DNA of 64,000 nucleotides from a plasmid: the sequence record NZ_CP088986.1. The stretch is one strand, 5' to 3'. Under the pieces are notes generated by a model. It searched no databases. It had not been told where the DNA came from and saw only the letters and a list, made by a program, of their open reading frames with translations. The translations under genes and the position numbers were made by a program. Below, in pieces: positions 12,216 through 23,671 of this stretch (position 1 is its first letter; the number at the start of each line of letters is the position of its first letter).

Positions 12216-12571
12216 AATTGGCGGAAGCGGCTGCGTAATGTAAAAGTATCAGACGTTACATAACGCTCCATCTCACGCAAACGCTTTTCACTTGCAGCCA
12301 GTTCACGATCGACAGCATCCAATAGCTCACCGCTTGATGGCTGCTGTTCTCCGGAAACCACGTTGTCTGGCATCGGATCCAACACAAACGTCAGTACGAT
12401 GTAGGCGACAAAGGTGAAAAAGGCCAGACCAAAAAAGATGGACAGCACCACCAGGATCCGCACCAGTTTCACAGGAACATCGAGATAATGCGCAATACCC
12501 GCGCAAACCCCTTTCACCATGCCCTGCTGCGGTATACGCCACAGTTTTTTATTCAGATTAACGCCCCCCAT
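12212..12571 (-). CDS. pspC: phage shock protein C
   Basis: 119-aa membrane protein; operon position. Confidence 0.8.
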   Translation of the reverse strand: MGGVNLNKKLWRIPQQGMVKGVCAGIAHYLDVPVKLVRILVVLSIFFGLAFFTFVAYIVLTFVLDPMPDNVVSGEQQPSSGELLDAVDRELAASEKRLREMERYVTSDTFTLRSRFRQL

Positions 12572-12795
12572 TAGCGGTCCCTCCAGTTTGGATGTTCAGC
12601 ATCAAGGATGTCTTCCAGCGCTTGAATGCGCTCACGCATCCGCTGTGCGTCCTGGTTAAGTTCTACCAGACGCTGTTGTTCACTTTGCGCCAGCTCGCCG
12701 CGACTGGAACGATTGCTGTAATGCAGCCAGAGCCAAATCGGTAAGACGAACAGCACAAAGATGGTTAACGGGATGGCCAGAAATAGCGCGCTCAT
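12571..12795 (-). CDS. pspB: phage shock protein B
   Basis: 74-aa single-TM protein MSALFLAIPLTIFVLFVLPIWLWLHY. Confidence 0.85.
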   Translation of the reverse strand: MSALFLAIPLTIFVLFVLPIWLWLHYSNRSSRGELAQSEQQRLVELNQDAQRMRERIQALEDILDAEHPNWRDR

Positions 12796-12849
12796 GAGTA
12801 CTCCTTACAGGTGATGAGCGGCGGCGCGTTCGGGCACCGCCAGATATTA

Positions 12850-13590
<741 letters not shown>

Positions 13591-13691
13591 CTTTTTAATT
13601 CATTGAAATATTTGAAAATAACTAATTTTACCTGTCGGGATAAATAGGGTAAATTGGTGAATAACACTAACAAATGGTGAATTTCATCATG

Positions 13692-14663
13692 GCAGGATAC
13701 AAAGATAATCTGCTGGGCGAAGCGAACAGCTTTATTGAAGTGCTGGAGCAGGTTTCTCGTCTCGCGCCGCTGGATAAACCTGTGCTGGTCATTGGGGAAC
13801 GAGGAACAGGGAAAGAGCTTATCGCCAACCGCCTGCACTACCTCTCAACCCGTTGGCAAGGCCCGTTTATTTCACTTAACTGCGCCGCGCTCAACGAAAA
13901 TTTACTTGATTCCGAACTCTTTGGGCACGAAGCGGGCGCCTTTACCGGCGCGCAGAAACGTCACCCAGGTCGGTTCGAGCGCGCCGATGGCGGCACACTG
14001 TTTCTTGATGAACTGGCAACCGCCCCGATGCTGGTACAGGAAAAACTGCTGCGCGTTATTGAGTACGGAGAGCTGGAACGCGTAGGCGGTAGCCAACCTC
14101 TGCAGGTCAATGTAAGACTGGTTTGCGCAACCAACGCCGACCTGCCACGCATGGTGAGTGAAGGCACGTTCCGCGCCGACCTGCTGGATCGTCTGGCCTT
14201 TGACGTGGTGCAACTTCCCCCGTTACGCGAACGTCAAAGCGATATCATGTTAATGGCTGAACATTTTGCCATTCAGATGTGCCGTGAGATCGGGTTACCG
14301 TTGTTTCCTGGGTTCACCGATGAGGCCAAAGAAACGCTCCTCCACTACCGTTGGCCGGGCAATATTCGTGAACTGAAAAACGTCGTGGAGCGTTCGGTAT
14401 ACCGACACGGGACCAGCGATTACCCACTGAATGAGATTGTGATTGACCCGTTCAGGCGTCACGCCGCACCGCCGCTGGCGCAAGAAACCAGACATACATC
14501 AGTAACCCTACCGCTGGATCTGCGTGAATTCCAACAGCAGCAGGAGAAGGAATTTTTGCAAACCAGCTTACAGCAGGCGAAATTTAATCAGAAAAAAGCC
14601 GCTGAATTATTAGGTCTGACCTACCATCAACTCCGCGCATTACTGAAGAAACACCAAATTTAG
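13692..14663 (+). CDS. pspF: sigma-54-dependent activator PspF
   Basis: AAA+ ORF with GERGTGKE Walker A, GAFTGA motif, C-terminal HTH; start taken at MAGYKDNLL. Confidence 0.9.
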   Translation, partial: AGYKDNLLGEANSFIEVLEQVSRLAPLDKPVLVIGERGTGKELIANRLHYLSTRWQGPFISLNCAALNENLLDSELFGHEAGAFTGAQKRHPGRFERADGGTLFLDELATAPMLVQEKLLRVIEYGELERVGGSQPLQVNVRLVCATNADLPRMVSEGTFRADLLDRLAFDVVQLPPLRERQSDIMLMAEHFAIQMCREIGLPLFPGFTDEAKETLLHYRWPGNIRELKNVVERSVYRHGTSDYPLNEIVIDPFRRHAAPPLAQETRHTSVTLPLDLREFQQQQEKEFLQTSLQQAKFNQKKAAELLGLTYHQLRALLKKHQI

Positions 14664-14721
14664 CGTGCAGGGGCAGACGTTGGACGCGAGAGTTAAAACA
14701 GTTTACCATGTTGCAATCACT

Positions 14722-14737
14722 GTATAAAAAAACAGGT
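14722..14737 (+). promoter_or_regulatory. LexA box CTGTATAAAAAAACAG upstream of qnrB
   Basis: Perfect CTGT-N8-ACAG palindrome 5 bp upstream of qnrB start. Confidence 0.7.
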
Positions 14738-14742
14738 TAATC

Positions 14743-15390
14743 ATGATGACTCTGGCGTTAGTTGGCGAAAAAATTGACAGAAACAGGTTCACCGGTGAAA
14801 AAGTTGAAAATAGCACATTTTTCAACTGTGATTTTTCGGGTGCCGACCTTAGCGGCACTGAATTTATTGGCTGCCAGTTTTATGATCGAGAAAGTCAGAA
14901 AGGATGTAATTTTAGTCGCGCTAACCTGAAAGATGCCATTTTCAAAAGTTGTGATCTCTCCATGGCTGATTTCAGGAATATCAATGCGCTGGGAATCGAA
15001 ATTCGCCACTGCCGGGCACAAGGGTCAGATTTTCGCGGCGCAAGTTTTATGAATATGATCACCACCCGCACCTGGTTTTGTAGCGCCTATATCACCAATA
15101 CCAACTTAAGCTACGCCAACTTTTCAAAAGTCGTACTGGAAAAGTGCGAGCTGTGGGAAAACCGCTGGATGGGTACTCAGGTGCTGGGCGCAACGTTCAG
15201 TGGATCAGACCTCTCTGGCGGCGAGTTTTCATCCTTCGACTGGCGAGCAGCAAACGTTACGCACTGTGATTTGACCAATTCGGAACTGGGCGATTTAGAT
15301 ATCCGCGGGGTTGATTTGCAAGGCGTCAAACTGGACAGCTACCAGGCATCGTTGCTCCTGGAACGTCTTGGTATCGCTGTCATGGGTTAA
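14743..15390 (+). CDS. qnrB4: pentapeptide-repeat quinolone resistance protein QnrB (QnrB4-like)
   Basis: MMTLALVGEKIDRNRFTGEKVENSTFFNCDFSGADLSG...; usual partner of blaDHA-1 module. Confidence 0.85.
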   Translation: MMTLALVGEKIDRNRFTGEKVENSTFFNCDFSGADLSGTEFIGCQFYDRESQKGCNFSRANLKDAIFKSCDLSMADFRNINALGIEIRHCRAQGSDFRGASFMNMITTRTWFCSAYITNTNLSYANFSKVVLEKCELWENRWMGTQVLGATFSGSDLSGGEFSSFDWRAANVTHCDLTNSELGDLDIRGVDLQGVKLDSYQASLLLERLGIAVMG

Positions 15391-15485
15391 TGTTCAGGGA
15401 GCGGTATATGCCGCCCCCTGCCCTTATACAATATTGTCCGGGCTGGCTTTCCCCCTCAGACGTTTCGACTTCGGGGGCATAAACG

Positions 15486-15742
15486 TCAGAGGGTTCCGGT
15501 CCCCCCGTCAGAACACCATACCTGACCGGATGTATAGCTGTTCTCTTCAGCCGCTAAAGTGACATACAGCGGAGCAATTTCTACCGGTTGGCCAGGGCGA
15601 CCAAGCGGCGCATTTGCACCAAATTTCTCAATTTTTTCCTGTGGTTGGCCGCCGCAGCACTGCAATACCGTCCAGTACGGCCCAGGCGCGACAGCATTTA
15701 CACGGATCCCTTTAGGGGCCAGTTGCTTCGCCAGCGATTTAG
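15486..15742 (-). pseudogene. short-chain dehydrogenase/reductase, C-terminal fragment truncated by IS26
   Basis: ...GIRVNAVAPGPYWT... SDR C-terminal motif; ORF runs into IS26 IR at 15743. Confidence 0.7.
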
Positions 15743-16562
15743 GGCACTGTTGCAAAGTTAGCGATGAGGCAGCCTTTTGTCTTATTCAAAGGCCTTACAT
15801 TTCAAAAACTCTGCTTACCAGGCGCATTTCGCCCAGGGGATCACCATAATAAAATGCTGATGCCTGGCCTTTGCGTAGTGCACGCATCACCTCAATACCT
15901 TTGATGGTGGCGTAAGCCGTCTTCATGGATTTAAATCCCAGCGTGGCGCCGATTATCCGTTTCAGTTTGCCATGATCGCATTCAATCACGTTGTTCCGGT
16001 ACTTAATCTGTCGGTGTTCAACGTCAGACGGGCACCGGCCTTCGCGTTTGAGCAGAGCAAGCGCGCGACCATAGGCGGGCGCTTTATCCGTGTTGATGAA
16101 TCGCGGGATCTGCCACTTCTTCACGTTGTTGAGGATTTTACCCAGAAACCGGTATGCAGCTTTGCTGTTACGACGGGAGGAGAGATAAAAATCGACAGTG
16201 CGGCCCCGGCTGTCGACGGCCCGGTACAGATACGCCCAGCGGCCATTGACCTTCACGTAGGTTTCATCCATGTGCCACGGGCAAAGATCGGAAGGGTTAC
16301 GCCAGTACCAGCGCAGCCGTTTTTCCATTTCAGGCGCATAACGCTGAACCCAGCGGTAAATCGTGGAGTGATCGACATTCACTCCGCGTTCAGCCAGCAT
16401 CTCCTGCAGCTCACGGTAACTGATGCCGTATTTGCAGTACCAGCGTACGGCCCACAGAATGATGTCACGCTGAAAATGCCGGCCTTTGAATGGGTTCATG
16501 TGCAGCTCCATCAGCAAAAGGGGATGATAAGTTTATCACCACCGACTATTTGCAACAGTGCC
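15743..16562 (-). mobile_element. IS26 copy 2 (820 bp)
   Basis: IRs at 15743 and ending 16562; identical to copy 1. Confidence 0.95.
15795..16499 (-). CDS. tnpA: IS26 transposase
   Basis: Identical to 4445-5149. Confidence 0.95.
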   Translation of the reverse strand: MNPFKGRHFQRDIILWAVRWYCKYGISYRELQEMLAERGVNVDHSTIYRWVQRYAPEMEKRLRWYWRNPSDLCPWHMDETYVKVNGRWAYLYRAVDSRGRTVDFYLSSRRNSKAAYRFLGKILNNVKKWQIPRFINTDKAPAYGRALALLKREGRCPSDVEHRQIKYRNNVIECDHGKLKRIIGATLGFKSMKTAYATIKGIEVMRALRKGQASAFYYGDPLGEMRLVSRVFEM

Positions 16563-17244
16563 GCCAGGAATGCCCGGCGCGCGGATACTTCCGCTCAAGG
16601 GCGTCGGGAAGCGCAACGCCGCTGCGGCCCTCGGCCTGGTCCTTCAGCCACCATGCCCGTGCACGCGACAGCTGCTCGCGCAGGCTGGGTGCCAAGCTCT
16701 CGGGTAACATCAAGGCCCGATCCTTGGAGCCCTTGCCCTCCCGCACGATGATCGTGCCGTGATCGAAATCCAGATCCTTGACCCGCAGTTGCAAACCCTC
16801 ACTGATCCGCATGCCCGTTCCATACAGAAGCTGGGCGAACAAACGATGCTCGCCTTCCAGAAAACCGAGGATGCGAACCACTTCATCCGGGGTCAGCACC
16901 ACCGGCAAGCGCCGCGACGGCCGAGGTCTTCCGATCTCCTGAAGCCAGGGCAGATCCGTGCACAGCACCTTGCCGTAGAAGAACAGCAAGGCCGCCAATG
17001 CCTGACGATGCGTGGAGACCGAAACCTTGCGCTCGTTCGCCAGCCAGGACAGAAATGCCTCGACTTCGCTGCTGCCCAAGGTTGCCGGGTGACGCACACC
17101 GTGGAAACGGATGAAGGCACGAACCCAGTGGACATAAGCCTGTTCGGTTCGTAAACTGTAATGCAAGTAGCGTATGCGCTCACGCAACTGGTCCAGAACC
17201 TTGACCGAACGCAGCGGTGGTAACGGCGCAGTGGCGGTTTTCAT
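16563..17244 (-). pseudogene. intI1: class 1 integron integrase IntI1, 3'-truncated by IS26 (N-terminal ~227 aa retained)
   Basis: [40 protein letters not shown]...; frame continues artefactually into IS26. Confidence 0.9.
17129..17157 (+). promoter_or_regulatory. integron cassette promoter Pc, weak variant (TGGACA-17-TAAACT)
   Basis: Hexamers read at 17129-17134 and 17152-17157 inside intI1. Confidence 0.7.
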
Positions 17245-17401
17245 GGCTTGTTATGACTGTTTTTTTGTACAGTCTATGCCTCGGGCATCCAAGCAGCAAG
17301 CGCGTTACGCCGTGGGTCGATGTTTGATGTTATGGAGCAGCAACGATGTTACGCAGCAGGGCAGTCGCCCTAAAACAAAGTTAGCCATTAAGGGAGTTAA
17401 A
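17245..17401 (+). other. attI1 recombination site / 5'-CS end
   Basis: Sequence between intI1 start and dfrA17 cassette boundary (…AAAACAAAGTTAGCC). Confidence 0.6.
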
Positions 17402-17875
17402 TTGAAAATATCATTGATTTCTGCAGTGTCAGAAAATGGCGTAATCGGTAGTGGTCCTGATATCCCGTGGTCAGTAAAAGGTGAGCAACTACTCTTTAAA
17501 GCGCTCACATATAATCAATGGCTCCTTGTCGGAAGAAAAACATTTGACTCTATGGGTGTTCTTCCAAATCGCAAATATGCAGTAGTGTCAAAGAACGGAA
17601 TTTCAAGCTCAAATGAAAACGTCCTAGTTTTTCCTTCAATAGAAAATGCTTTGAAAGAGCTATCAAAAGTTACAGATCATGTATATGTCTCTGGCGGGGG
17701 TCAAATCTATAATAGCCTTATTGAAAAAGCAGATATAATTCATTTGTCTACTGTTCACGTTGAAGTCGAAGGTGATATCAAATTCCCTATAATGCCTGAG
17801 AATTTCAATTTGGTTTTTGAACAGTTTTTTATGTCTAATATAAATTATACATACCAGATTTGGAAAAAAGGCTAA
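17402..17875 (+). CDS. dfrA17: trimethoprim-resistant dihydrofolate reductase DfrA17 (TTG start)
   Basis: (M)[34 protein letters not shown]...; first cassette. Confidence 0.85.
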   Translation: MKISLISAVSENGVIGSGPDIPWSVKGEQLLFKALTYNQWLLVGRKTFDSMGVLPNRKYAVVSKNGISSSNENVLVFPSIENALKELSKVTDHVYVSGGGQIYNSLIEKADIIHLSTVHVEVEGDIKFPIMPENFNLVFEQFFMSNINYTYQIWKKG

Positions 17876-17879
17876 CAAT

Positions 17880-18001
17880 GCGTTGCAGCACCAGTCGCTT
17901 CGCTCCTTGGACAGCTTTTAAGTCGCGTCTTTGTGGTTTTGCTGCGCAAAAGTATTCCACAAAGCCGCAACTTAAAAGCTGCCGCTGAACTTAACGTTAG
18001 G
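17880..18001 (+). other. attC (59-be) of dfrA17 cassette
   Basis: Imperfect palindrome ending in core GTTAGGC at 17995-18001. Confidence 0.55.
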
Positions 18002-18005
18002 CATC

Positions 18006-18794
18006 ATGGGTGAATTTTTCCCTGCACAAGTTTTCAAGCAGCTGTCCCACGCTCGCGCGGTGATCGAGCGCCATCTGGCTGCGACACTGGACACAATCCA
18101 CCTGTTCGGATCTGCGATCGATGGAGGGCTGAAGCCGGACAGCGACATAGACTTGCTCGTGACCGTCAGCGCCGCACCTAACGATTCGCTCCGGCAGGCG
18201 CTAATGCTCGATTTGCTGAAAGTCTCATCACCGCCAGGCGATGGCGGAACATGGCGACCGCTGGAGCTAACTGTTGTCGCTCGAAGCGAAGTAGTGCCTT
18301 GGCGCTATCCGGCGCGGCGTGAGCTTCAGTTCGGTGAGTGGCTCCGCCACGACATCCTTTCCGGAACGTTCGAGCCTGCCGTTCTGGATCACGATCTTGC
18401 GATTTTGCTGACCAAGGCGAGGCAACACAGCCTTGCGCTTCTAGGCCCATCCGCAGCCACGTTTTTCGAGCCGGTGCCGAAGGAGCATTTCTCCAAGGCG
18501 CTTTTCGACACTATTGCCCAGTGGAATGCAGAGTCGGATTGGAAGGGTGACGAGCGGAACGTCGTTCTTGCTCTTGCTCGCATTTGGTACAGCGCTTCAA
18601 CTGGTCTCATTGCTCCTAAGGACGTTGCTGCCGCATGGGTATCGGAGCGTTTGCCTGCCGAGCATCGGCCCCTCATCTGCAAGGCACGCGCGGCGTACCT
18701 GGGTAGCGAGGACGACGACCTAGCAATGCGCGTCGAAGAGACGGCCGCGTTCGTTCGATATGCCAAAGCAACGATTGAGAGAATCTTGCGTTGA
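18006..18794 (+). CDS. aadA5: aminoglycoside 3''-adenylyltransferase AadA5
   Basis: MGEFFPAQVFKQLSHARAVIERHLAATLDTIHLFGSAIDGGLKPDSDIDLLV... Confidence 0.85.
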   Translation: MGEFFPAQVFKQLSHARAVIERHLAATLDTIHLFGSAIDGGLKPDSDIDLLVTVSAAPNDSLRQALMLDLLKVSSPPGDGGTWRPLELTVVARSEVVPWRYPARRELQFGEWLRHDILSGTFEPAVLDHDLAILLTKARQHSLALLGPSAATFFEPVPKEHFSKALFDTIAQWNAESDWKGDERNVVLALARIWYSASTGLIAPKDVAAAWVSERLPAEHRPLICKARAAYLGSEDDDLAMRVEETAAFVRYAKATIERILR

Positions 18795-18829
18795 GCGGCA
18801 TGTGCGAAAAGTGCATCGACCCGCGCCGA

Positions 18830-18895
18830 GGGCATCTGATGCCTAACTCGGCGTTCAAGCGGACGGGCTGCGCCCGCCGCTCAACTATGCGTTAG
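18830..18895 (+). other. attC of aadA5 cassette
   Basis: GCCTAAC...GTTAGAT inverse/core sites. Confidence 0.5.
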
Positions 18896-18999
18896 ATGCA
18901 CTAAGCACATAATTGCTCACAGCCAAACTATCAGGTCAAGTCTGCTTTTATTATTTTTAAGCGTGCATAATAAGCCCTACACAAATTGGGAGATATATC

Positions 19000-19347
19000 A
19001 TGAAAGGCTGGCTTTTTCTTGTTATCGCAATAGTTGGCGAAGTAATCGCAACATCCGCATTAAAATCTAGCGAGGGCTTTACTAAGCTTGCCCCTTCCGC
19101 CGTTGTCATAATCGGTTATGGCATCGCATTTTATTTTCTTTCTCTGGTTCTGAAATCCATCCCTGTCGGTGTTGCTTATGCAGTCTGGTCGGGACTCGGC
19201 GTCGTCATAATTACAGCCATTGCCTGGTTGCTTCATGGGCAAAAGCTTGATGCGTGGGGCTTTGTAGGTATGGGGCTCATAATTGCTGCCTTTTTGCTCG
19301 CCCGATCCCCATCGTGGAAGTCGCTGCGGAGGCCGACGCCATGGTGA
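19000..19347 (+). CDS. qacEdelta1: QacEΔ1 small multidrug resistance protein (3'-CS)
   Basis: 115-aa [27 protein letters not shown]... Confidence 0.9.
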   Translation: MKGWLFLVIAIVGEVIATSALKSSEGFTKLAPSAVVIIGYGIAFYFLSLVLKSIPVGVAYAVWSGLGVVIITAIAWLLHGQKLDAWGFVGMGLIIAAFLLARSPSWKSLRRPTPW

Positions 19348-20180
19348 CGGTGTTCGGCATTCTGAATCTCACCGAGGACTCCTTCTTCGATGAGAGCCGG
19401 CGGCTAGACCCCGCCGGCGCTGTCACCGCGGCGATCGAAATGCTGCGAGTCGGATCAGACGTCGTGGATGTCGGACCGGCCGCCAGCCATCCGGACGCGA
19501 GGCCTGTATCGCCGGCCGATGAGATCAGACGTATTGCGCCGCTCTTAGACGCCCTGTCCGATCAGATGCACCGTGTTTCAATCGACAGCTTCCAACCGGA
19601 AACCCAGCGCTATGCGCTCAAGCGCGGCGTGGGCTACCTGAACGATATCCAAGGATTTCCTGACCCTGCGCTCTATCCCGATATTGCTGAGGCGGACTGC
19701 AGGCTGGTGGTTATGCACTCAGCGCAGCGGGATGGCATCGCCACCCGCACCGGTCACCTTCGACCCGAAGACGCGCTCGACGAGATTGTGCGGTTCTTCG
19801 AGGCGCGGGTTTCCGCCTTGCGACGGAGCGGGGTCGCTGCCGACCGGCTCATCCTCGATCCGGGGATGGGATTTTTCTTGAGCCCCGCACCGGAAACATC
19901 GCTGCACGTGCTGTCGAACCTTCAAAAGCTGAAGTCGGCGTTGGGGCTTCCGCTATTGGTCTCGGTGTCGCGGAAATCCTTCTTGGGCGCCACCGTTGGC
20001 CTTCCTGTAAAGGATCTGGGTCCAGCGAGCCTTGCGGCGGAACTTCACGCGATCGGCAATGGCGCTGACTACGTCCGCACCCACGCGCCTGGAGATCTGC
20101 GAAGCGCAATCACCTTCTCGGAAACCCTCGCGAAATTTCGCAGTCGCGACGCCAGAGACCGAGGGTTAGATCATGCCTAG
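19341..20180 (+). CDS. sul1: Sul1 dihydropteroate synthase (copy 2)
   Basis: Identical to 7067-7906 inverted. Confidence 0.95.
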   Translation: MVTVFGILNLTEDSFFDESRRLDPAGAVTAAIEMLRVGSDVVDVGPAASHPDARPVSPADEIRRIAPLLDALSDQMHRVSIDSFQPETQRYALKRGVGYLNDIQGFPDPALYPDIAEADCRLVVMHSAQRDGIATRTGHLRPEDALDEIVRFFEARVSALRRSGVAADRLILDPGMGFFLSPAPETSLHVLSNLQKLKSALGLPLLVSVSRKSFLGATVGLPVKDLGPASLAAELHAIGNGADYVRTHAPGDLRSAITFSETLAKFRSRDARDRGLDHA

Positions 20181-20307
20181 CATTCACCTTCCGGCCGCCC
20201 GCTAGCGGACCCTGGTCAGGTTCCGCGAAGGTGGGCGCAGACATGCTGGGCTCGTCAGGATCAAACTGCACTATGAGGCGGCGGTTCATACCGCGCCAGG
20301 GGAGCGA

Positions 20308-20511
20308 ATGGACAGCGAGGAGCCTCCGAACGTTCGGGTCGCCTGCTCGGGTGATATCGACGAGGTTGTGCGGCTGATGCACGACGCTGCGGCGTGGATG
20401 TCCGCCAAGGGAACGCCCGCCTGGGACGTCGCGCGGATCGACCGGACATTCGCGGAGACCTTCGTCCTGAGATCCGAGCTCCTAGGGATCGCCTCAGAAA
20501 ACGGAAAATAA
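20308..20511 (+). pseudogene. Δorf5 of 3'-CS
   Basis: Identical to 6736-6939. Confidence 0.7.
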
Positions 20512-20666
20512 AGCACGCTAAGCCGTAAGTAAGCGTGCTCCTGTGAAAGCCACAGCTAAAACTGCGTAGTACACATAGAGGTATTTTTTTCTAGATTTAT
20601 ATCGAATTTCGTTATCGAATTTCGCTTATTATTGATCAACTCGTTGCAGATCATGAAGGCGAAAGT

Positions 20667-21872
20667 ATGACGAATAACCCTACCGATGACAGCAGACCAT
20701 GGTCGGTCTTTCTTATTTTTCTGCGGCTTGGATTGACATCTTTTGGCGGCCCCATTGCGCACTTGGGCTACTTCCGCGCCGAATTTGTCACACGGCGGCG
20801 CTGGCTCTCCGAACGGAGCTATGCTGACTTGGTCGCGCTTTGTCAGTTCTTGCCAGGGCCTGCAAGCAGCCAGGTCGGCATAGCGGTAGGACTGTCTCGG
20901 GCTGGATACAGCGGGGCGCTGGCTGCTTGGGCTGGCTTCACGCTGCCGTCTGCCATAGCCTTGATCCTTTTTGCGCTCGGCATCTCCAGCTATGGCGATT
21001 ACGTCTCGCAGGGCGCGTTGCATGGCTTAAAAGTGGTGGCTGTGGCCGTGGTCGCTCAAGCAGTATGGGGCATGGCGCGTAACCTATGCACGGATGGGCT
21101 GCGAGTCACCATCATGGCAATTGCTACCTGCGTCGTTTTACTTGTGCCGTCCGCGTGGGGACAGGTTGGCGTGATTGCTATCGCAGGCATCGCAGGCCGG
21201 TTATTGTTCAAGCCAGCGAAAGTTGTTGAGCATGACCCCCTACCTATCACGGTCAGTCACCGGGCCGGCGTGCTTTGGCTCTCGCTGTTCTTTGTCTTGC
21301 TGATTGGCCTGCCGGTGTTGGCCGAACTGATGCCAAGTCAAACCATGGCAATGGTGGATTCCTTCTATCGTGTCGGATCACTGGTGTTCGGCGGTGGTCA
21401 CGTTGTGCTGCCATTACTGCAAGCCGAAGTGGTGCCCTCCGGCTGGGTCAACAATGAATCCTTTCTCGCGGGGTACGGGGCAGCTCAAGCGGTGCCCGGC
21501 CCTTTGTTCACGTTCGCCGCGTTTCTTGGTGCCTCGATGAACACCGCCCCGTCGGGCTGGATCGGCGGCATTGTGTGTCTGCTGGCTATCTTCGCGCCCT
21601 CGTTCTTGCTGGTCGTCGGATCAATGCCATTTTGGGAGCGTTTGCGCCGCAATACAGGCATCCAAGCTGCGCTGGCCGGGATCAATGCCGCTGTAGTCGG
21701 CTTGCTGCTGGCCGCGCTGTATCAGCCTGTATGGACTAGCGCCATCTTTCAGCCGCAAGACTTCGGCTTGGCATTAGTTGCCCTTGTCGCACTTATGTTC
21801 TGGAAGCTCCCGCCGTGGCTGGTTGTCCTCGGTAGCGGTGCAGCTGGGTGGCTGTTGAGCGTCGCTCTGTGA
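20667..21872 (+). CDS. chrA: chromate ion transporter ChrA (401 aa)
   Basis: Multi-TM CHR-family ORF; intact here. Confidence 0.85.
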   Translation: MTNNPTDDSRPWSVFLIFLRLGLTSFGGPIAHLGYFRAEFVTRRRWLSERSYADLVALCQFLPGPASSQVGIAVGLSRAGYSGALAAWAGFTLPSAIALILFALGISSYGDYVSQGALHGLKVVAVAVVAQAVWGMARNLCTDGLRVTIMAIATCVVLLVPSAWGQVGVIAIAGIAGRLLFKPAKVVEHDPLPITVSHRAGVLWLSLFFVLLIGLPVLAELMPSQTMAMVDSFYRVGSLVFGGGHVVLPLLQAEVVPSGWVNNESFLAGYGAAQAVPGPLFTFAAFLGASMNTAPSGWIGGIVCLLAIFAPSFLLVVGSMPFWERLRRNTGIQAALAGINAAVVGLLLAALYQPVWTSAIFQPQDFGLALVALVALMFWKLPPWLVVLGSGAAGWLLSVAL

Positions 21873-21882
21873 GGCACAAAAA

Positions 21883-22188
21883 ATGACTGACAAAGACCTC
21901 TACGGCGGTTTGATCCGCCTGCACATCCTTCACCATGCAGCCGAGGAACCTGTCTTTGGGCTGGGGATCATCGAAGAGCTACGCCGACACGGCTACGAGA
22001 TGAGCGCTGGCACCGTGTACCCGATGCTGCACGGCCTGGAAAAAAAAGGCTATCTGACCTCACGCCACGAACGCACCGGGCGACGTGAACGGCGTGTTTA
22101 TGACATCACTGAACAAGGCAGAACTGCACTTGCTGATGCGAAAACAAAGGTCAAGGAGCTGTTCGGAGAGTTGGTAGAAGGTGGTTGA
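21883..22188 (+). CDS. padR: PadR-family transcriptional regulator
   Basis: 101-aa winged-HTH ORF downstream of chrA. Confidence 0.75.
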   Translation: MTDKDLYGGLIRLHILHHAAEEPVFGLGIIEELRRHGYEMSAGTVYPMLHGLEKKGYLTSRHERTGRRERRVYDITEQGRTALADAKTKVKELFGELVEGG

Positions 22189-22352
22189 GTTTTTGCTTCT
22201 ATGTCAGGTTGAGCTATACCCTAACTGGATTGTCATTTTCAGAAGACGACTGCACCAGTTGATTGGGCGTAATGGCTGTTGTGCAGCCAGCTCCTGACAG
22301 TTCAATATCAGAAGTGATCTGCACCAATCTCGACTATGCTCAATACTCGTGT

Positions 22353-23232
22353 GGGCTCTGTTGCAAAAATCGTGAAGCTTGAGCATGCTTGGCGGAGATT
22401 GGACGGACGGAACGATGACGGATTTCAAGTGGCGCCATTTCCAGGGTGATGTGATCCTGTGGGCGGTGCGCTGGTATTGTCGCTATCCGATCAGCTATCG
22501 CGACCTTGAGGAAATGCTGGCGGAACGCGGCATTTCGGTCGACCATACGACGATCTATCGCTGGGTCCAGTGCTACGCCCCGGAGATGGAGAAGCGGCTG
22601 CGCTGGTTCTGGCGGCGTGGCTTTGATCCGAGCTGGCGCCTGGATGAAACCTACGTCAAGGTGCGGGGCAAGTGGACCTACCTGTACCGGGCAGTCGACA
22701 AGCGGGGCGACACGATCGATTTCTACCTGTCGCCGACCCGCAGCGCCAAGGCAGCGAAGCGGTTCCTGGGCAAGGCCCTGCGAGGCCTGAAGCACTGGGA
22801 AAAGCCTGCCACGCTCAATACCGACAAAGCGCCGAGCTATGGTGCAGCGATCACCGAATTGAAGCGCGAAGGAAAGCTGGACCGGGAGACGGCCCACCGG
22901 CAGGTGAAGTATCTCAATAACGTGATCGAGGCCGATCACGGAAAGCTCAAGATACTGATCAAGCCGGTGCGCGGTTTCAAATCGATCCCCACGGCCTATG
23001 CCACGATCAAGGGATTCGAAGTCATGCGAGCCCTGCGCAAAGGACAGGCTCGCCCCTGGTGCCTGCAGCCCGGCATCAGGGGCGAGGTGCGCCTTGTGGA
23101 GAGAGCTTTTGGCATTGGGCCCTCGGCGCTGACGGAGGCCATGGGCATGCTCAACCACCATTTCGCAGCAGCCGCCTGATCGGCGCAGAGCGACAGCCTA
23201 CCTCTGACTGCCGCCAATCTTTGCAACAGAGC
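22353..23232 (+). mobile_element. IS6100 copy 2 (inverted relative to copy 1)
   Basis: IRs GGCTCTGTTGCAAA; by my count the span is 880-881 bp (end 23232 or 23233). Confidence 0.9.
22415..23179 (+). CDS. tnpA: IS6100 transposase
   Basis: Identical to 5529-6293. Confidence 0.9.
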   Translation: MTDFKWRHFQGDVILWAVRWYCRYPISYRDLEEMLAERGISVDHTTIYRWVQCYAPEMEKRLRWFWRRGFDPSWRLDETYVKVRGKWTYLYRAVDKRGDTIDFYLSPTRSAKAAKRFLGKALRGLKHWEKPATLNTDKAPSYGAAITELKREGKLDRETAHRQVKYLNNVIEADHGKLKILIKPVRGFKSIPTAYATIKGFEVMRALRKGQARPWCLQPGIRGEVRLVERAFGIGPSALTEAMGMLNHHFAAAA

Positions 23233-23671
23233 CCGCCGTGCTAGTCTGCTCGGTGATGGTGGAGTGAAGCCAACCCGCAATCGGGTTATGAATCTGCATC
23301 GCGATTCGCAATCAGCTGTCTCTTGAGCATGTCGAACTCCTGCGATGTTATCTCGCCGTGCTCGTGCTGCTACACCAACTTGTCCAACTCATCCGCCACA
23401 CCGCTCCCCACCACCTGCGATGGCCAGGTTGTTTGCTGGGCGCATTGGCGGAGTATCGTCTCGACCCGGGACACCCACACCGGCACAACCTTACGGGAGT
23501 GATTCACTGTCAAAGAATCGGCCCGGTGCTCTGACGCAAGTATCGGGATGGTCACCATTTGTAAGCCGTAGACCTGAGTGGTGATCAAGACTTCGATACC
23601 ACCGACCGTACCGGTACTAATCGACGACGGTCGTGTTCGTCGCCTGCCGCAGGGACTCTGCACACCTCCGT

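Noticed and set aside
16546-16562. Extension of the intI1 ORF into IS26
   Set aside because: The frame continues by chance into the IS26 inverted repeat. True intI1 homology stops at 16563.
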